A stretch of DNA of 62,202 nucleotides, filler included, from Sphacelaria rigidula (GCA_964200075.2; 10 parts of 10 records of this genome joined end to end with filler, not necessarily neighbours in it), one strand, 5' to 3'; shown: positions 1-11,356, counted from the first letter of the whole stretch. A program made the numbers and translations. The notes: generated by a model from the letters alone, not told the origin.

Positions 1-80
1 TTTTTCGCTATCGATTATGTGAAGCAAGACACTTTGTCATGCGCACAGGGCGATGACAATCCCCCCCCCCCCGCCCCTAC

Positions 81-126
81 GATGATCGAACGACTGAGGC
101 AAGCAACGAATGAGTATGCCCCCCCC
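81..126 (+). mobile_element. Extreme 3' end of poly(C)-tailed LINE
   Basis: gactgaggcaagcaacgaatgagtatg + C-run; same terminus as the copies at 2783, 6062, 14171 and 37397. Confidence 0.65.
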
Positions 127-181
127 TCCCCCACCGCTCGCCGACCCTGCACCCGCCACTGCATGGGGGGGAAACAAACAG

Positions 182-244
182 GTTCCAGCTTTCCGCGCAT
201 CGACAACGTCAATGGAACAAGACAGAGTAGCGTTCGGCATTCAG
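182..244 (+). CDS. ATR: Internal exon (phase 0-0) of ATR-like PIKK serine/threonine kinase
   Basis: acag|GTT...CAG|gtacgg; 63 nt = VPAFRASTTSMEQDRVAFGIQ. Splices in frame to ELLHLLG (2174), recreating the AFRA...QDxxAxxIQELL motif I recall from ATR orthologues upstream of the FAT domain. Confidence 0.75.
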
Positions 245-502
245 GTACGGGAAGTTGCGGAGGATAACACCCCTCACCGCGCGCGCTACCCGTGAAACAA
301 AGTGTTTATCATGCTTTTTTTATCAGGAACAGAGGTGGTCATAGCCACGCTAAACTTGAAGCGTGGGAAGCGTCATCGTCTAGGTAGGAGATGGGTTATA
401 TTTTGTCTGTAGTCATGCGCGACGCCAGTGTTGATGCAGCGGTGCACGGGGTATTCTATCTTCCCCATTGAGAGACTTGAGGTTGGCCAAAACATCCCTT
501 AG

Positions 503-1290
503 GGGGCGAGGGGGGGAGGTGTACTCAGTTGTTGCTCGCATCAGTCATTTGACCATTACCCACACTGCCCATTCGAGACGGAGCACCGGTCCTATTCCTC
601 AAAGCGACACGTCAAATATTTGGGCGCTTATTTCGTTTTTTCCATACATTACACAGAAGCCTTTTGCATAATTTATCCCCGTCCCGTTTCGCTGTCTGTG
701 GCCATCATATATCTCCTAGTATTGCCATCGTTTCCCTCTACCATCTAATGTACAAAACGATTTATGCCACCGTTGTTTAGTTCCCTCATCTCCTCTAGGA
801 CGTCCCGTTCCCCCTTGTATACTTCACAGTATTTCACTGTATGAGTTCTACTCTCTGTTGCTTCACCACAGGTGCGGTTCTAGTCATCCGCTTCCTTCTC
901 CGCCCGACTGCTGGTGTACCCCTTGCTTCTTTCTGGCAGATCCAGGTCCCCCCACCCGAAATCGCACTTTCAACTTTTTCGCGTAGTTCATCGGGCCATG
1001 CAGATATGTTTTTAACCCTGTCCCTTCTCTCAATCCCCCGTATGTCTTCAGGTGCCTTACCTCGTTCACGTCATTTCTTAGGGCTTGTTTCCGCCTTTTT
1101 TGTGTTTTCGCGGACTTTTGTCTTGTATCTCTCAACATTCACCTATGGGATCCCTGCAATTGGGATATCTGAAGTATAGTGGCGATGCATTGTTTCCTCT
1201 GTCAACTCATCGGCTCTGCATGGGTGCTGATGCAACGGCAGCGTATTTCACCACTCTGTTGAATCTGGTTGCGGTTTCTTCTCGACCTAG
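503..1290 (-). mobile_element. 5'-truncated, decayed non-LTR retrotransposon (LINE) 3' region
   Basis: Minus strand reads KTYGGLREGTGLKTYLHGPMNYAKKLKVRFRVG, then (R)TCGEATESRTHTVKYCEVYKGER (CCHC-type C-terminal knuckle with the first Cys mutated), then the family 3' end and a G-run on the + strand. 5' boundary approximate. Confidence 0.7.
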
Positions 1291-2173
1291 TGCACCAGAC
1301 CGCAAGATAAATATTCGGAAGGCGGCGCTGGGGATAGGTTAGAGCAAGGTACAGGTACGGGAACCCGTACTCCGGGTGCTCTGGAATACCCCAACTTTTC
1401 GTTTTGGCACCCTCTACCCGAAAGGTACCGTGGGGTCCTTACCACGAGGTCCTCGATACCCCCCCCCCTCCCCAAAGCCCGTTGTGATTTCACGCGTACG
1501 TTCGGGTCCTACCGTCGACGCCACTATGAGACTGGCCTGTGGGCGGCAGGTGTGGCTTATTCCAACCCGGGACTACCATACTTCAACCTTCAGTCCGGCT
1601 TTAGTCATGCTCCTCACTCGGGACGACCGTCCCGACCCCGAGGCCCTCGATACCCCCAACACCTCTGCAAAAACAGAATACACCGGGGTGTCGTACTCCA
1701 CCCTGAGTACCCTTCGGAGACTCTCTCCCCTGCAACGATAGCCCACCCCGACGACCAAAAACGATGATGAAGAATTCAGGTAGAGAGAGGATGGAGGCTA
1801 CCTTGAACTTGCTGTGCTCTCTCCCATCGGAGAGTTTCTTCCGTCGTGTGGGGACAAGAAGGTCGGCCCCGTGGGGCCGGGTCGAGTTTCGAAATATTGA
1901 GGATTCAACGACAAGAATGAGAAACCAGTGTGTACCTCCGAGTGGCAGAGAAAGGCCGCTGGCGGAAGCAACCGAAGGACAAAAGCAGCTTATTATCATA
2001 GGACGAGGAGGGGGCTGGTTGGTCCCTAGAGAAGTTTTGTGAGCAACCTTGGGCGGTGGTTTGCTACTGTTCCCGCACGCGGCTTAATTTTCGCTGGAAG
2101 GAAAGCTTTCCTCACAAATTCGACTTCCTTCCTTCCTTCCTTCCTTTTTTTTTTTTTTTTTTTCTTATGGCAG

Positions 2174-2285
2174 GAACTGCTACACCTGTTGGGCGATAGC
2201 ACGGCCAACAAGAAGAATGCCGGTGGAGACGGCGGCAGCGGTAGAACCTCATTGCCAGACAGACCCGCGGTGGGCAGCATCGGAG
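2174..2285 (+). CDS. ATR: Internal exon (phase 0-1) of ATR-like kinase
   Basis: Long T-rich polypyrimidine tract then ggcag|GAA; ELLHLLGDSTANKKNAGGDGGSGRTSLPDRPAVGSIG. Donor GGAG|gtgtga gives phase 1, matching the next exon. Donor position is less certain than the acceptor. Confidence 0.65.
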
Positions 2286-2444
2286 GTGTGAACGATGCAA
2301 TATCCGCAAATCGATAGATGAACAGATTTTTCCAGAAGAAAAATGTTCTGTACTCTACGGCAGTATCGTTTTTTGTTCTTGAATTCATTGAGTAAGTTGT
2401 TTCGTCCCCTGCCCCCGTCCTTTCAAGCAGGCAACAAATGAGTT

Positions 2445-3436
2445 TGGTAGTTCTCATCTCAACTACGAGATTTTTGTAATGTTTTCGTAGTCGGCGATGT
2501 TTAATGGTTTTTTCGCGTGCCACCGCTCATCCCAGCGAGCGGTTGATCCCAACGTTTGGAAGACGGGGGATACTGGCCATCCGCTCCACATTCCGAAATA
2601 AAAATCGTCCCTGCGCTCAATGTTGCACGACCCGAGCTGAATTGACAGGGGGTGTTACTGACCATTTTTGGTCCAGACCCACATTTCTTTTCGGCTCTAG
2701 CGCAATGAAGAGGTAAAAATATCATAATGAGGTCCGCAAAATCATCCATGAGAGTAAATTGGTTCACCCCCACCTGTGCTATTGCTCCGTCTCGAAAGGG
2801 ATGCGTGGTCAATGGTCAAATGACGAAGGCAAGCAACAAATGAGTACGCCCCCCCCCACCTGTGCTATGCAGAGCTCGGTTTGACAATTTTCGTTTTTGG
2901 GTACTTTTCTGAATTTTCTCGTGTAGTATCCGTCCTTGGCGCTTAAACGTCCAAGCATCGATAGGTGATGGGAAGAGAAGTAGGTCGTGCTCACAACACA
3001 GTCCTCAATTGGTGTCGTCGGGATGGCACGGAGTAAGCACCTTGTTTATCAGGGGGGTGTCACTGATCGTCACTGGTCCACAACGCATAGCTTTTCGGCT
3101 ACGGCGCAGATAGGTACAAGTTGAGAAAATCAATCATTTTCATTTGTTCACGAAAGCGACCGGGATCGCTTCAATCGAGCAGAAATACTGGAAGGTCAGA
3201 ACGTGGGGCTGGGTAGTCTCAGGACCCCCGAAAACCGATCAGCCCGTAAGTTGTTCGATAATGAGCGCAGGTGTAATCTTAATTCGGAAATTTAGAGGGA
3301 ATACCTAGTATCTCCCGATCCCCAAACTTCGCGATCAAACGTATACTGGGATAAACGGTGGCACGCGAAAACACTTTCGAATGTCCCCGACTACGAAAAA
3401 ACTACGAAAATCTCCTTTCTCGGATGTAAACTACCG
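2445..3436. mobile_element. ~1-kb non-autonomous DNA transposon with long imperfect terminal inverted repeats (TIRs)
   Basis: ggtagtt...ttttcgtagtcgg...ttttcgcgtgccaccgctcatcccag (2446-2535) is the inverted counterpart of ctgggataaacggtggcacgcgaaaa...ccgactacgaaaa...aactaccg (3347-3436). Internal aggggg(g)tgt(t/c)actga...ttttcggct motif occurs twice and again near 6470-6520. Confidence 0.55.
2783..2857 (+). mobile_element. 5'-truncated poly(C)-tailed LINE copy with TSD
   Basis: Flanked by the direct repeat cccccacctgtgctat (2767-2782 and 2853-2868). Ends in AAATGAGTACG + C9. Confidence 0.85.
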
Positions 3437-3586
3437 TACGCCCCACCCCGCGCGCCCCCTTCTTTGGTGTATACTTCCGATATGATCAGAAGAAGGAAGA
3501 AAAGTTGGGGGTAAATTTTGCTTTTGATGATCATATCACACGATGCTCCGACGTAAGCCTGGTTACCACGGAGGACTGCACCCGTG

Positions 3587-3930
3587 TTTATTTTTTATTT
3601 TTATTTATCTTTGTTTATCTTTATTTATTTGTCGCACTTTGAACCCCTCCCCTTCCTCGGGGCAAGGCCGTGGTCTCAAGGGATCAACCCATCTCTCCCC
3701 CGGTACACGTCTTGCATTTTGGTCTCGCGGATTGGGTCATGACTATCAGCACTCCCGCACCGCGTCAACTCACGCCAAACAAACTCAGTGGACTACTTTG
3801 TTTACTCACGTTCTCACGCGTTCCACGGTGGAACTCAGATACCGCAAGAAAGACCCCAACGCATCGGGAATCGAATCGTCGTTCTCCCCACCCTAATGGC
3901 AACAGTCGGACCATTACACCACACGGGCGC
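3587..3930 (-). mobile_element. tRNA-derived SINE, apparently full length
   Basis: Minus-strand head gcgcccgtgTGGTGTAATGG (A box) ... GATTCGATTCC (B-box-like); ends ...ggggttcaaagtgcgaca + (TAAA)-type tail. 3' fragments of the family also at ~17640-17705, ~22430-22520 and ~46600-46690. Confidence 0.7.
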
Positions 3931-4169
3931 GGCGGACTGTGTTGTGCCTGTCTATTCCAACTTCGTGGATGTCGTGTATATACAGCGCACGTGGTTTAGT
4001 TAGCCGTAGATGTTCTCTAGCTATTTGGGCACCAAACCAGCCAGAGAAGCTGCCTGGCAATAGGGGGAAAACGCTCCCCGAAATCCGTGGACGGGAACCG
4101 AAGTCGCACAACCTCAGGAATATCAGGGATGTGTTCTCGATGATTTCTTTTCACCTTCTTCCATCTTCG

Positions 4170-4385
4170 TGCTTTGCTTTTGTTGACTTTTTATTATCAT
4201 CAATATTTTTTCACGTCTCGAGTCTACTCTGTCGTTTCTGTTCGACTTTTTTTTTTTTCCTCTGTTTCTTCTGTTTCTTCACCGAGTGCTTCGATTTTTA
4301 TTTTCCTTGGGTACGTCTATCATGTGACCCCGGCTGGATCCCTGGAGGGTCAGTGAAAGTGCGACACCCAATCAATCAATCAACT
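4170..4385 (+). mobile_element. 3' end of (AATC)n-tailed retroposon (SINE/LINE 3' UTR)
   Basis: T-rich body, then ggctggatccctggagggtcagtgaaagtgcgaca and an (AATC)n tail. Related copies at 13485-13535(-), 17060-17450(+), 36270-36405(+), 42785-42820(-) and 49500-49742(-). Confidence 0.65.
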
Positions 4386-4454
4386 AATCCATTTATCCAT
4401 TTATCCGCCCCTGTCTCGTTATTTGTTTGGCGCACGCAATGCGGTAAGGTGCAG

Positions 4455-4641
4455 ACGAAGCACGGGTAGGACCGATGCCCGAACGCCTCATGCGGCGATT
4501 GAGAGAAGCACAGGTGCTCTCTATCGTGGAACCGTTTTGGCGAAGCACTTACAAGCTGTCGGATAGAGCCCCGTCCTCAAGCGCGCCGTTTTTCTGCGAT
4601 CCCGCCATGACCGTCAGTCTCGAGCGATGGCTCAGCTCTTG
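4455..4641 (+). CDS. ATR: Internal exon (phase 1-2) of ATR-like kinase
   Basis: tgcag|AC...TCTTG|gtgagt; EARVGPMPERLMRRLREAQVLSIVEPFWRSTYKLSDRAPSSSAPFFCDPAMTVSLERWLSSW. Fits the recalled ATR pattern (I/V)xEPxxxxxYK...PxY/F...WxxxW that follows IQELL. Alternative phase-1 acceptors at 4449 and 4470. Confidence 0.75.
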
Positions 4642-6061
4642 GTGAGTAAGTAAGTCAGTCAGTCAGTCAGTACTAGGGAGTTCCGCTCGTGTTGAGTGAG
4701 TAGTGTTGCATGAGGTCTTTGATGCTGTTTTTCGGGTTTTTTCTCGTTTGCTTTTATTATTTGTTCATCCGTAAAGCTTACATTTTGTGTGTTTGTATTG
4801 GAGATTGAGGCCACAACATGTTCATCGAGATCAGGAGGCGCTTGATCGATCGGTTGGTCGATTCATTGATTCGCTGACTGGTTAATTGTCGCATATTGAC
4901 TGGTCATTGGATACGATTTCGGCTTTGGTCATTGGACACAAGATAGACGTACTCATGGCAAACAAATAGAAGCGCTCACTGGAGGAAACTCAAACACAAA
5001 AGGAGCATGAAGAAAAGAAGAAACAAAACAATATAAGTGGAGTGAAACTTGAAAAAAAAACATCAAAGAAACAAGAAGATGAAGGATATAAGGCTAAGAT
5101 AAGGAGTAATACCGGCCCCGATAAAACCTTAAGAAGCTCCTGCTAGGGAGTCTGGTAAGGGGGCCGTACGAAAAGCAATCCTGGGGAAACAGGTTGCGGC
5201 ACGGCTACCTGGGCACCGCACCGATTGGGCAGAACTTCTCGCATACTGAACCTAAGGGAACGAGATGCAACCATGAATACGACTCAGAGAAGAGAAGAAC
5301 AAGGAGAATAGAGGAGCATGAGAACCAAACAGGAAATGAAGAACAAAAGGAAAATACAGGATAGGAAAAAAGGAAAAAAAAAATACAAGGCGACTAAGAA
5401 ACACGCTTGTCACGGTAAAGGCCCCCATGACAGTGGTTGGTGTCGGCCGAACACGAAAGGACCGGGCCCCTCACTATGTTCATGTTCGATCTCGTCAACC
5501 TAGACAATACCTTGTGCCACCTAAAATAGAGCCCGGTATCCTTAGGCCGGGCGAACGCAGAGGTACAAACTGCCTGACCTTTTTTGAGCACATACTAATC
5601 GCGAGTGCGAAGAAGTGAGCAACACCAGAAGAAGCTCTGGTACCGGGATGGCTGCAGCAGCCGTTAGCAGAAGGCACACGTTGTTCGGCGGGCCTCCTAT
5701 TCTTCACCGTGGGATACAGAGTAGCGTGTCCTTGAAACATGCGGACGTGTTATCATTCTCGTTTTTGTTTAACGTCGGAACCTGGCTGTTGTGTTCGAAC
5801 CATGCGGTTAACTTTAGATGGTTGTTAAGGGAAGGGTATGCGAGTGACGTCGCGACAGCTCCCCCCCCCCAAACGAGCCCCCAATACTGTCAAGAAGAAA
5901 ATGGTCATACAGCGCATGATACCTGGTTTCAGACTTGATGAAGCTCCTCGTATGTACGACATTGCCGAGAACGATCCCAAGCATGGGAGTTCCAAGCTGC
6001 TCGGCGTTTGTATTTTTGATTTACATGTATCTGCTGCCTTTTCAAACCAGCCATATCTCTT

Positions 6062-6131
6062 GGGGGGGGGCGTACTCATTTGTTGCTTGCCTTAGTCATT
6101 TGACCATTGACCACGCATCCCTTTCGAGACG
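6062..6131 (-). mobile_element. 3' end of poly(C)-tailed LINE, cut by contig end
   Basis: G9 + cgtactcatttgttgcttgccttagtcatttgaccattgaccacgcatccctttcgagacg. Confidence 0.8.
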
Positions 6132-6231
6132 NNNNNNNNNNNNNNNNNNNNNNNNNNNNNNNNNNNNNNNNNNNNTTAATTAATTAANNNNNNNNNNNNN
6201 NNNNNNNNNNNNNNNNNNNNNNNNNNNNNNN
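6132..6231. other. Artificial contig linker (first of nine)
   Basis: 44 N + TTAATTAATTAA (stops in all six frames) + 44 N. Identical linkers at 12363-12462, 18593-18692, 24823-24922, 31053-31152, 37283-37382, 43513-43612, 49743-49842 and 55973-56072. Confidence 0.98.
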
Positions 6232-7099
6232 GACCGCTTTTCACTCTCAATCGTATCATCTACTCTCAATCTCACGAAAACACTGTTAGTAGTGGGCGGT
6301 CTAACTATTCAGGGGTGTTTGGGGATTTTCCTCGCGCACCACGCTTCGAAAAACTCGACATTCCTAGCGTCGATAGATTTTGGTACAATAAACAGATCGT
6401 TCTCGAAACACAGTGCTCAAACCAGTGTTAGTTGGTATTATCGGGCGATACGAGGAAATATCCCGTTTATGAGGGGGTGTTATTGACCGTGAAACGCAAT
6501 TTTTCGGCTCTAGTGCAATGAATAAATATGATTTAAAAAAACTAAAACTGTTTATTTCTTCACAAATATGATCGGGTTAGACTTGACCGACCGAAATACC
6601 GAAGAGTAAGAATCTAGACTGAAACGTGGCAGGACACCCGATGACCGGTCAGTCCGGAAGTCATTTAATATTGAGTACATATGATATATTCTTTTGCAAT
6701 GTGGAGCGGGTACAAGTATCTTCATATGCCCAATGTGATAACCGGTGGCAAGCGAGAAAAGTCCAAGAAAACCGCCAATTACGAAAAATCACGAAATGCC
6801 ACAGAATGGATAGTTAGACCGCCCACTGCTGTAGGACTGTGAGACCCTCTGAAAATCCCAAAACCGGCGTTCTTTCCACAATCAAGCAACAACCATTATT
6901 TGGGACCAATGCGTAAGCTCTACTGCGTTAATCTTCACCTTGTGATCAGCACACTGCGTATTGGACACATAGGCTCATAACCTATGAGGAGACTTGAAAT
7001 CATTGTACGTTTCAATGGTGCAGTGCTGTTTGAAAGACAGGCTTTGCGGTCGATAGACAGGCCTCGCTGTCTCGGTCATAGAGGGTCTTAGAGGGTGCA

Positions 7100-8900
7100 C
7101 AGTAGCTGTTGTGTTATGGATCGCGGCATACATGGAGGAAGGGCAGTACAATGATGGGCTCATCTAATCTGTCAAGGGGGAACTGCCAATGTGCCGAAGT
7201 CAGGGGGGAGGATGTTTGAGCCCATACGAAGACGGTTACATAAACATGCCTCTTTACATCCGACTTGAACTCAGTTCCTTCAGAATCGGTGAAAGCCGGC
7301 CCCCTGGTTTTACTCCTATCGAAGGGAACGGAGTGACCTGAGACATGAGATTCAAAAGCACCAGTGCAAAAGAGAAATACCATCGCCTGAAGCCGTGAAC
7401 AAGACACCCTGACATTCAGGGTGAGCTGTTCCTCGTTTAACTGATCATCCCTTGTGCTGGAAAACTGTTTTAACCTGCGATAAATGGTGAGCGAGTACGT
7501 ACAAATCACTGCATACTGTATTGCACATGGATGAATATGCCGCATGTTTGGTTGAAGTAGGAAATTTCACTTTATGCCCCGTCTTGTGAAGATCCGTCAT
7601 CACAGTGCTTGAGCAGCGATCATGGTAACCATAACAATTGAGACAGTAGTAAAAACGAACAAGTGCATGGACAAGCCAGAGAAGCTACTATATCGTTTGA
7701 CCGTAACATGTTGCTTCTAACCTGGGACTGTTATTCGATTGTTATCACCCATGGTGTATTGATCACTCCCTCCTACGATTTGCAAAATGCTCGTGCTAAC
7801 GAAACATCACTTGTTCACGTGATGCTTTAGTCCTTATACAATAAAAGATTGAAGTGCAATTCCGTTCTTCGCTTCATGTGATAATCGTGGTGACGTCTGG
7901 GAGTGCGTAGCAGCGCACCAAATGGCCAGCAATAATATGTGATAACCTCACGTCCATGCAAGCAAATGGGTGGTCAAGCTGGGGACGTTGCTGCAGCAGT
8001 TACCCGCATTTCAGCTCGCGATGCGAGTTAGCTCATGTAATGTCTGCAGACCGTGTCTCCACAGGGAAGCTCAACAAAGTCAGGTGTCCCGACGTCCGCA
8101 TGTTGTATACAGACAATGAATATCCGTACATACGTTTTACAGTAGAAATGCTGATGATTCGAAATTTTGAAAATTCAACTGACCGTGTCAAGACACCGCA
8201 TGCATGCAGCGGTTATTCTCGCGAAGCCGCGTTTCTACAGCATCTACGCCCGACTACAACGCGCCTGTAACAAGCGCACACGTGTATTTCCCTATCAAGC
8301 TTAAGGGAGGCCGTTGAAAGGCTGTCCACTTGTATTCTCGTTTCACTGAACATATAGCTGTAAATTCGGCCGCCTACAGTAGACTGTTTTGATGTACTCC
8401 TATTATCTGTCGGGTACCGTTGAACTGGGGGTATAAAAGCAGGTCCTTCGCTGTGTGCACCCTCCATCACCTACAATAGCGTTGCCACAATGTTTGCGCA
8501 GTGCATAAACCAAGCTGATAACCATCTTTCTGCAACTTGCATGATATCATCAATCATTCTCCTGCTGATCAACTGATACTGGAATGCACGAGACCATAGA
8601 TCGACTGGGTATGATGCTTGGGTTGCAGACATGACAGCGGTGCCATATATATGCATTCAACAGGATATCGGATTTTTAAAGTGCAATCCCCCGCCCCAAG
8701 TACTGTCATCGGTCTGCTGCTATCCAACCTTGCTTTTGCCTTGACACGTTGTAACCGAGCAGACCACCAAACAGATGGTGAGTGAAGCACACGAAGGTGT
8801 ACACGGGGAAACATGATGCTACATGAAGCTAGGGGGGGTATCACCTGCGACCACGTAAAAGACCATGCTATGCTATGTTTGCTTTACACGCCGTGGCAGG
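7100..8900 (-). pseudogene. Decayed coding sequence of a dispersed repeat; possibly a KDZ/Zisupton-like transposase
   Basis: 7138-7490 has a diverged homologue at 31950-32330 on another contig. Broken minus-strand peptides CGNAIVGDGG, YCWPFG, YHDRC, DLHKTGH and NEEQ..VRVSCS..FLF occur in KDZ-like order. Boundaries approximate. Confidence 0.28.
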
Positions 8901-10967
8901 TAAATTTGTTTCACACACGGCAAGGAAAACGTTGAAGCGATGAATCTTTACACTCGAATGAAATAAACGATGCTCCTCTAAAAACTGCGTAGATGTGCCT
9001 TTACGCCGCCCTGTCGTAGTGAGTATGAAGACGCTGTACAGTATTGTGGACTACTTTCTGTACTACTGCTTGCTACCGCCGTACTCGCTGTGCAAACAAG
9101 CACGTTTTCAACAACTGTCGTATGTTGCAACGGCAACCGATCGCTTGATAGAGCCAAATCTCCTGCTTCATGATTGCTCTGCACACGAATTCTGGTCAAT
9201 TGTTCCGCACTTGAACAACACAACAAAATAATAGACATATCGCATCACTGTCTGGGCTGTTTCTGACAAAACAATCCTGGTCTTGTTCGCAATTCGTAAT
9301 GCTGTGTAACCACACGCTCGGGGTGCGCCGCTGGACGGACTAACGTTAGACTTGTTCACAAGTGACGCTGCTGTTGCTGTACGCTGTGATTTTTGGAGTT
9401 TCATACAGCTGACTGAAATGGAACCACGGTACAAATGCTGCTCCACACATACTCAAACTCGACAAGACCCGCTGAATGAAGAAAATCGCTTGTGTCTCCG
9501 CATATTGGGTTGGATGTCACCCTTCGGTTTTACCACATGCTACCGCTTTATTTATTTTGATGTTGTTACAGTATGGCTATACGGGATGACGGTACTGACC
9601 GTTTACGGCCTGCACCATCTCCTCGACGAAATCGTTGACTTTGTACTCAGTCTAACAGTGCATGAGTAGTGTGTTTTCACTGTGGGAACAAAAATGTTCC
9701 GAATCACCATCGAATATCAAATATCGGACTATGCATGCGGAAGAACCTCTGCCGTGTACTGTTTATTCGAATCTATATACTATGGGGAAACATGAGGTAG
9801 TGATGGCCGCGTCGCCTGAGTGAAACTACTGAATGCGATATCAACCAGCAGATGGGAGTTGACGAACTGCCTGTTGAAGAAATACACAGGAGCTATCGAG
9901 ATGTTGTCGGCTACAACTAGTACCGAGTACAGCATATGCTTTTAGGAAATGGCGAGGTTTGAATGGACAAAACATGAGGCATTTACCCTACCCCCTGGTC
10001 AGGGGTGGCAGGCAGTGATCGGAATGTTTTTTGTCGTGGAAAATAGATGTAATCTCTACGTGGTTCCCCCTGTTTGATCGTTTACGCCCTTGGTAGATAT
10101 CTTCAAAGAGTATAAACGCACCATGCATGCGTAAAAAAATGAGAGTTTTGTGAAGTTGTTTTCGATTCTAAGAGATCAAACCCAACCATGCACTTCTAGC
10201 TCAACATTCGACTGTGAATACGTGGATGTTTGTTTCCAGGTGCACTGTTGAACATGCCATTATTTATTATCTGGTTAATATTACCTGCAGTAGTGGGTCA
10301 CAGGGCTGCATGAAGCGTGCAACAGTTGCTCCTCAACAATTTTTGTTGGTGCCCGCCTGCCGATTTCTATGTAGCTACTCATGAGTGTGATAATCAACCC
10401 AGATCCACAACGATTGAGCGGCTATGCGTGAAACTGCATGCTAATGTGTTTGCATGACGCCACCAGATGGATGCTCCGTCAGTTCCCGTTGACCGTCTTT
10501 ACTCGCGCACACTCCGACAATCAATCCGAAGATTACCGTCTACTTGTGCACTCTCTGACAATCCATTCATAGATGACCGTCTTCATGCACATGCTCCGAC
10601 AATCAATTCGAAGACGACCGTCTACCTGTCTGCGCGTTATGACCGTCCCGGGAGCAGGGTTACATTCTTCTGGTATTGAGAGTCCATGGGTTCCACACAT
10701 TCCTTTGCCGAGATTTACACCGGACATAATCTGATGAAAGTTGTTGGCTTGTAATGAACGACTCGTGTGTTTATCGTGGAGACCATACAAGTTGCCAGCA
10801 TACAAGTCGGACATCGAATGGATGAACGAGAAAGTTGTATGAACCATATAAACATATACATATATATATATATATATACGCTTGCCCCATGCAGCGAGCG
10901 AGCAGGATTTGATAGCATACAGGAAACTTGGCGAGGACCAAGGCTCCAGATGTCAAGACCATGCTTG

Positions 10968-11356
10968 CTCGAACAGGTTGACAGGGGACAGGAATTTCCC
11001 ATATATGTGCAAACAGGTTGCCACGGAGCCAAGCTTTCCCATGTGTTTTCGAACAGGTTGACAGGGGACCACGAGTTTCCCTTGCGCGTTCGAACAGGTT
11101 GACAGGCATCCAGGAATTCCCATGCTGTTCGAACAGGTTGACAGGCATCCGAGAATTCCTATGCTGTCCGAACAGGTTGACGGGGAGCCAGGATTTTCCC
11201 ATGTGTTTTCGAACAGGTTGACGAAGTTTCCCTTACGCGTTCTAACAGGTTGACAGGCATCCAGGATTTCCCATGCTGCCCGAACAGGTTGACAGGTGGC
11301 CAGGATTTTCTCATGTGTGTTCGAACGGGTTGACATGGAGCCAGAATTTCCTTGGG
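10968..11356. repeat. Minisatellite, 10 units of mostly 39-41 bp with core GAACAGGTTGACAGG
   Basis: Cores at about 10971, 11011, 11051, 11092, 11131, 11170, 11211, 11243, 11282 and 11323 (one 32-bp unit). Inter-core segments resemble each other (ccagga(a/t)ttcccatg...ttc). Confidence 0.9.

Noticed and set aside
2286..2317. Terminal exon ending at TAG 2317
   Set aside because: A phase-compatible donor at 2286 links to a downstream exon with continuing ATR similarity.
6176..6187. TTAATTAATTAA as a regulatory or recombination motif
   Set aside because: Always centred in identical N blocks; it is an assembly spacer.
10968..11356. CRISPR-like appearance (constant core with variable intervening sequence)
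   Set aside because: Intervening segments are homologous to each other, the constant part is only about 12-15 nt, no cas genes are present and the context is eukaryotic.
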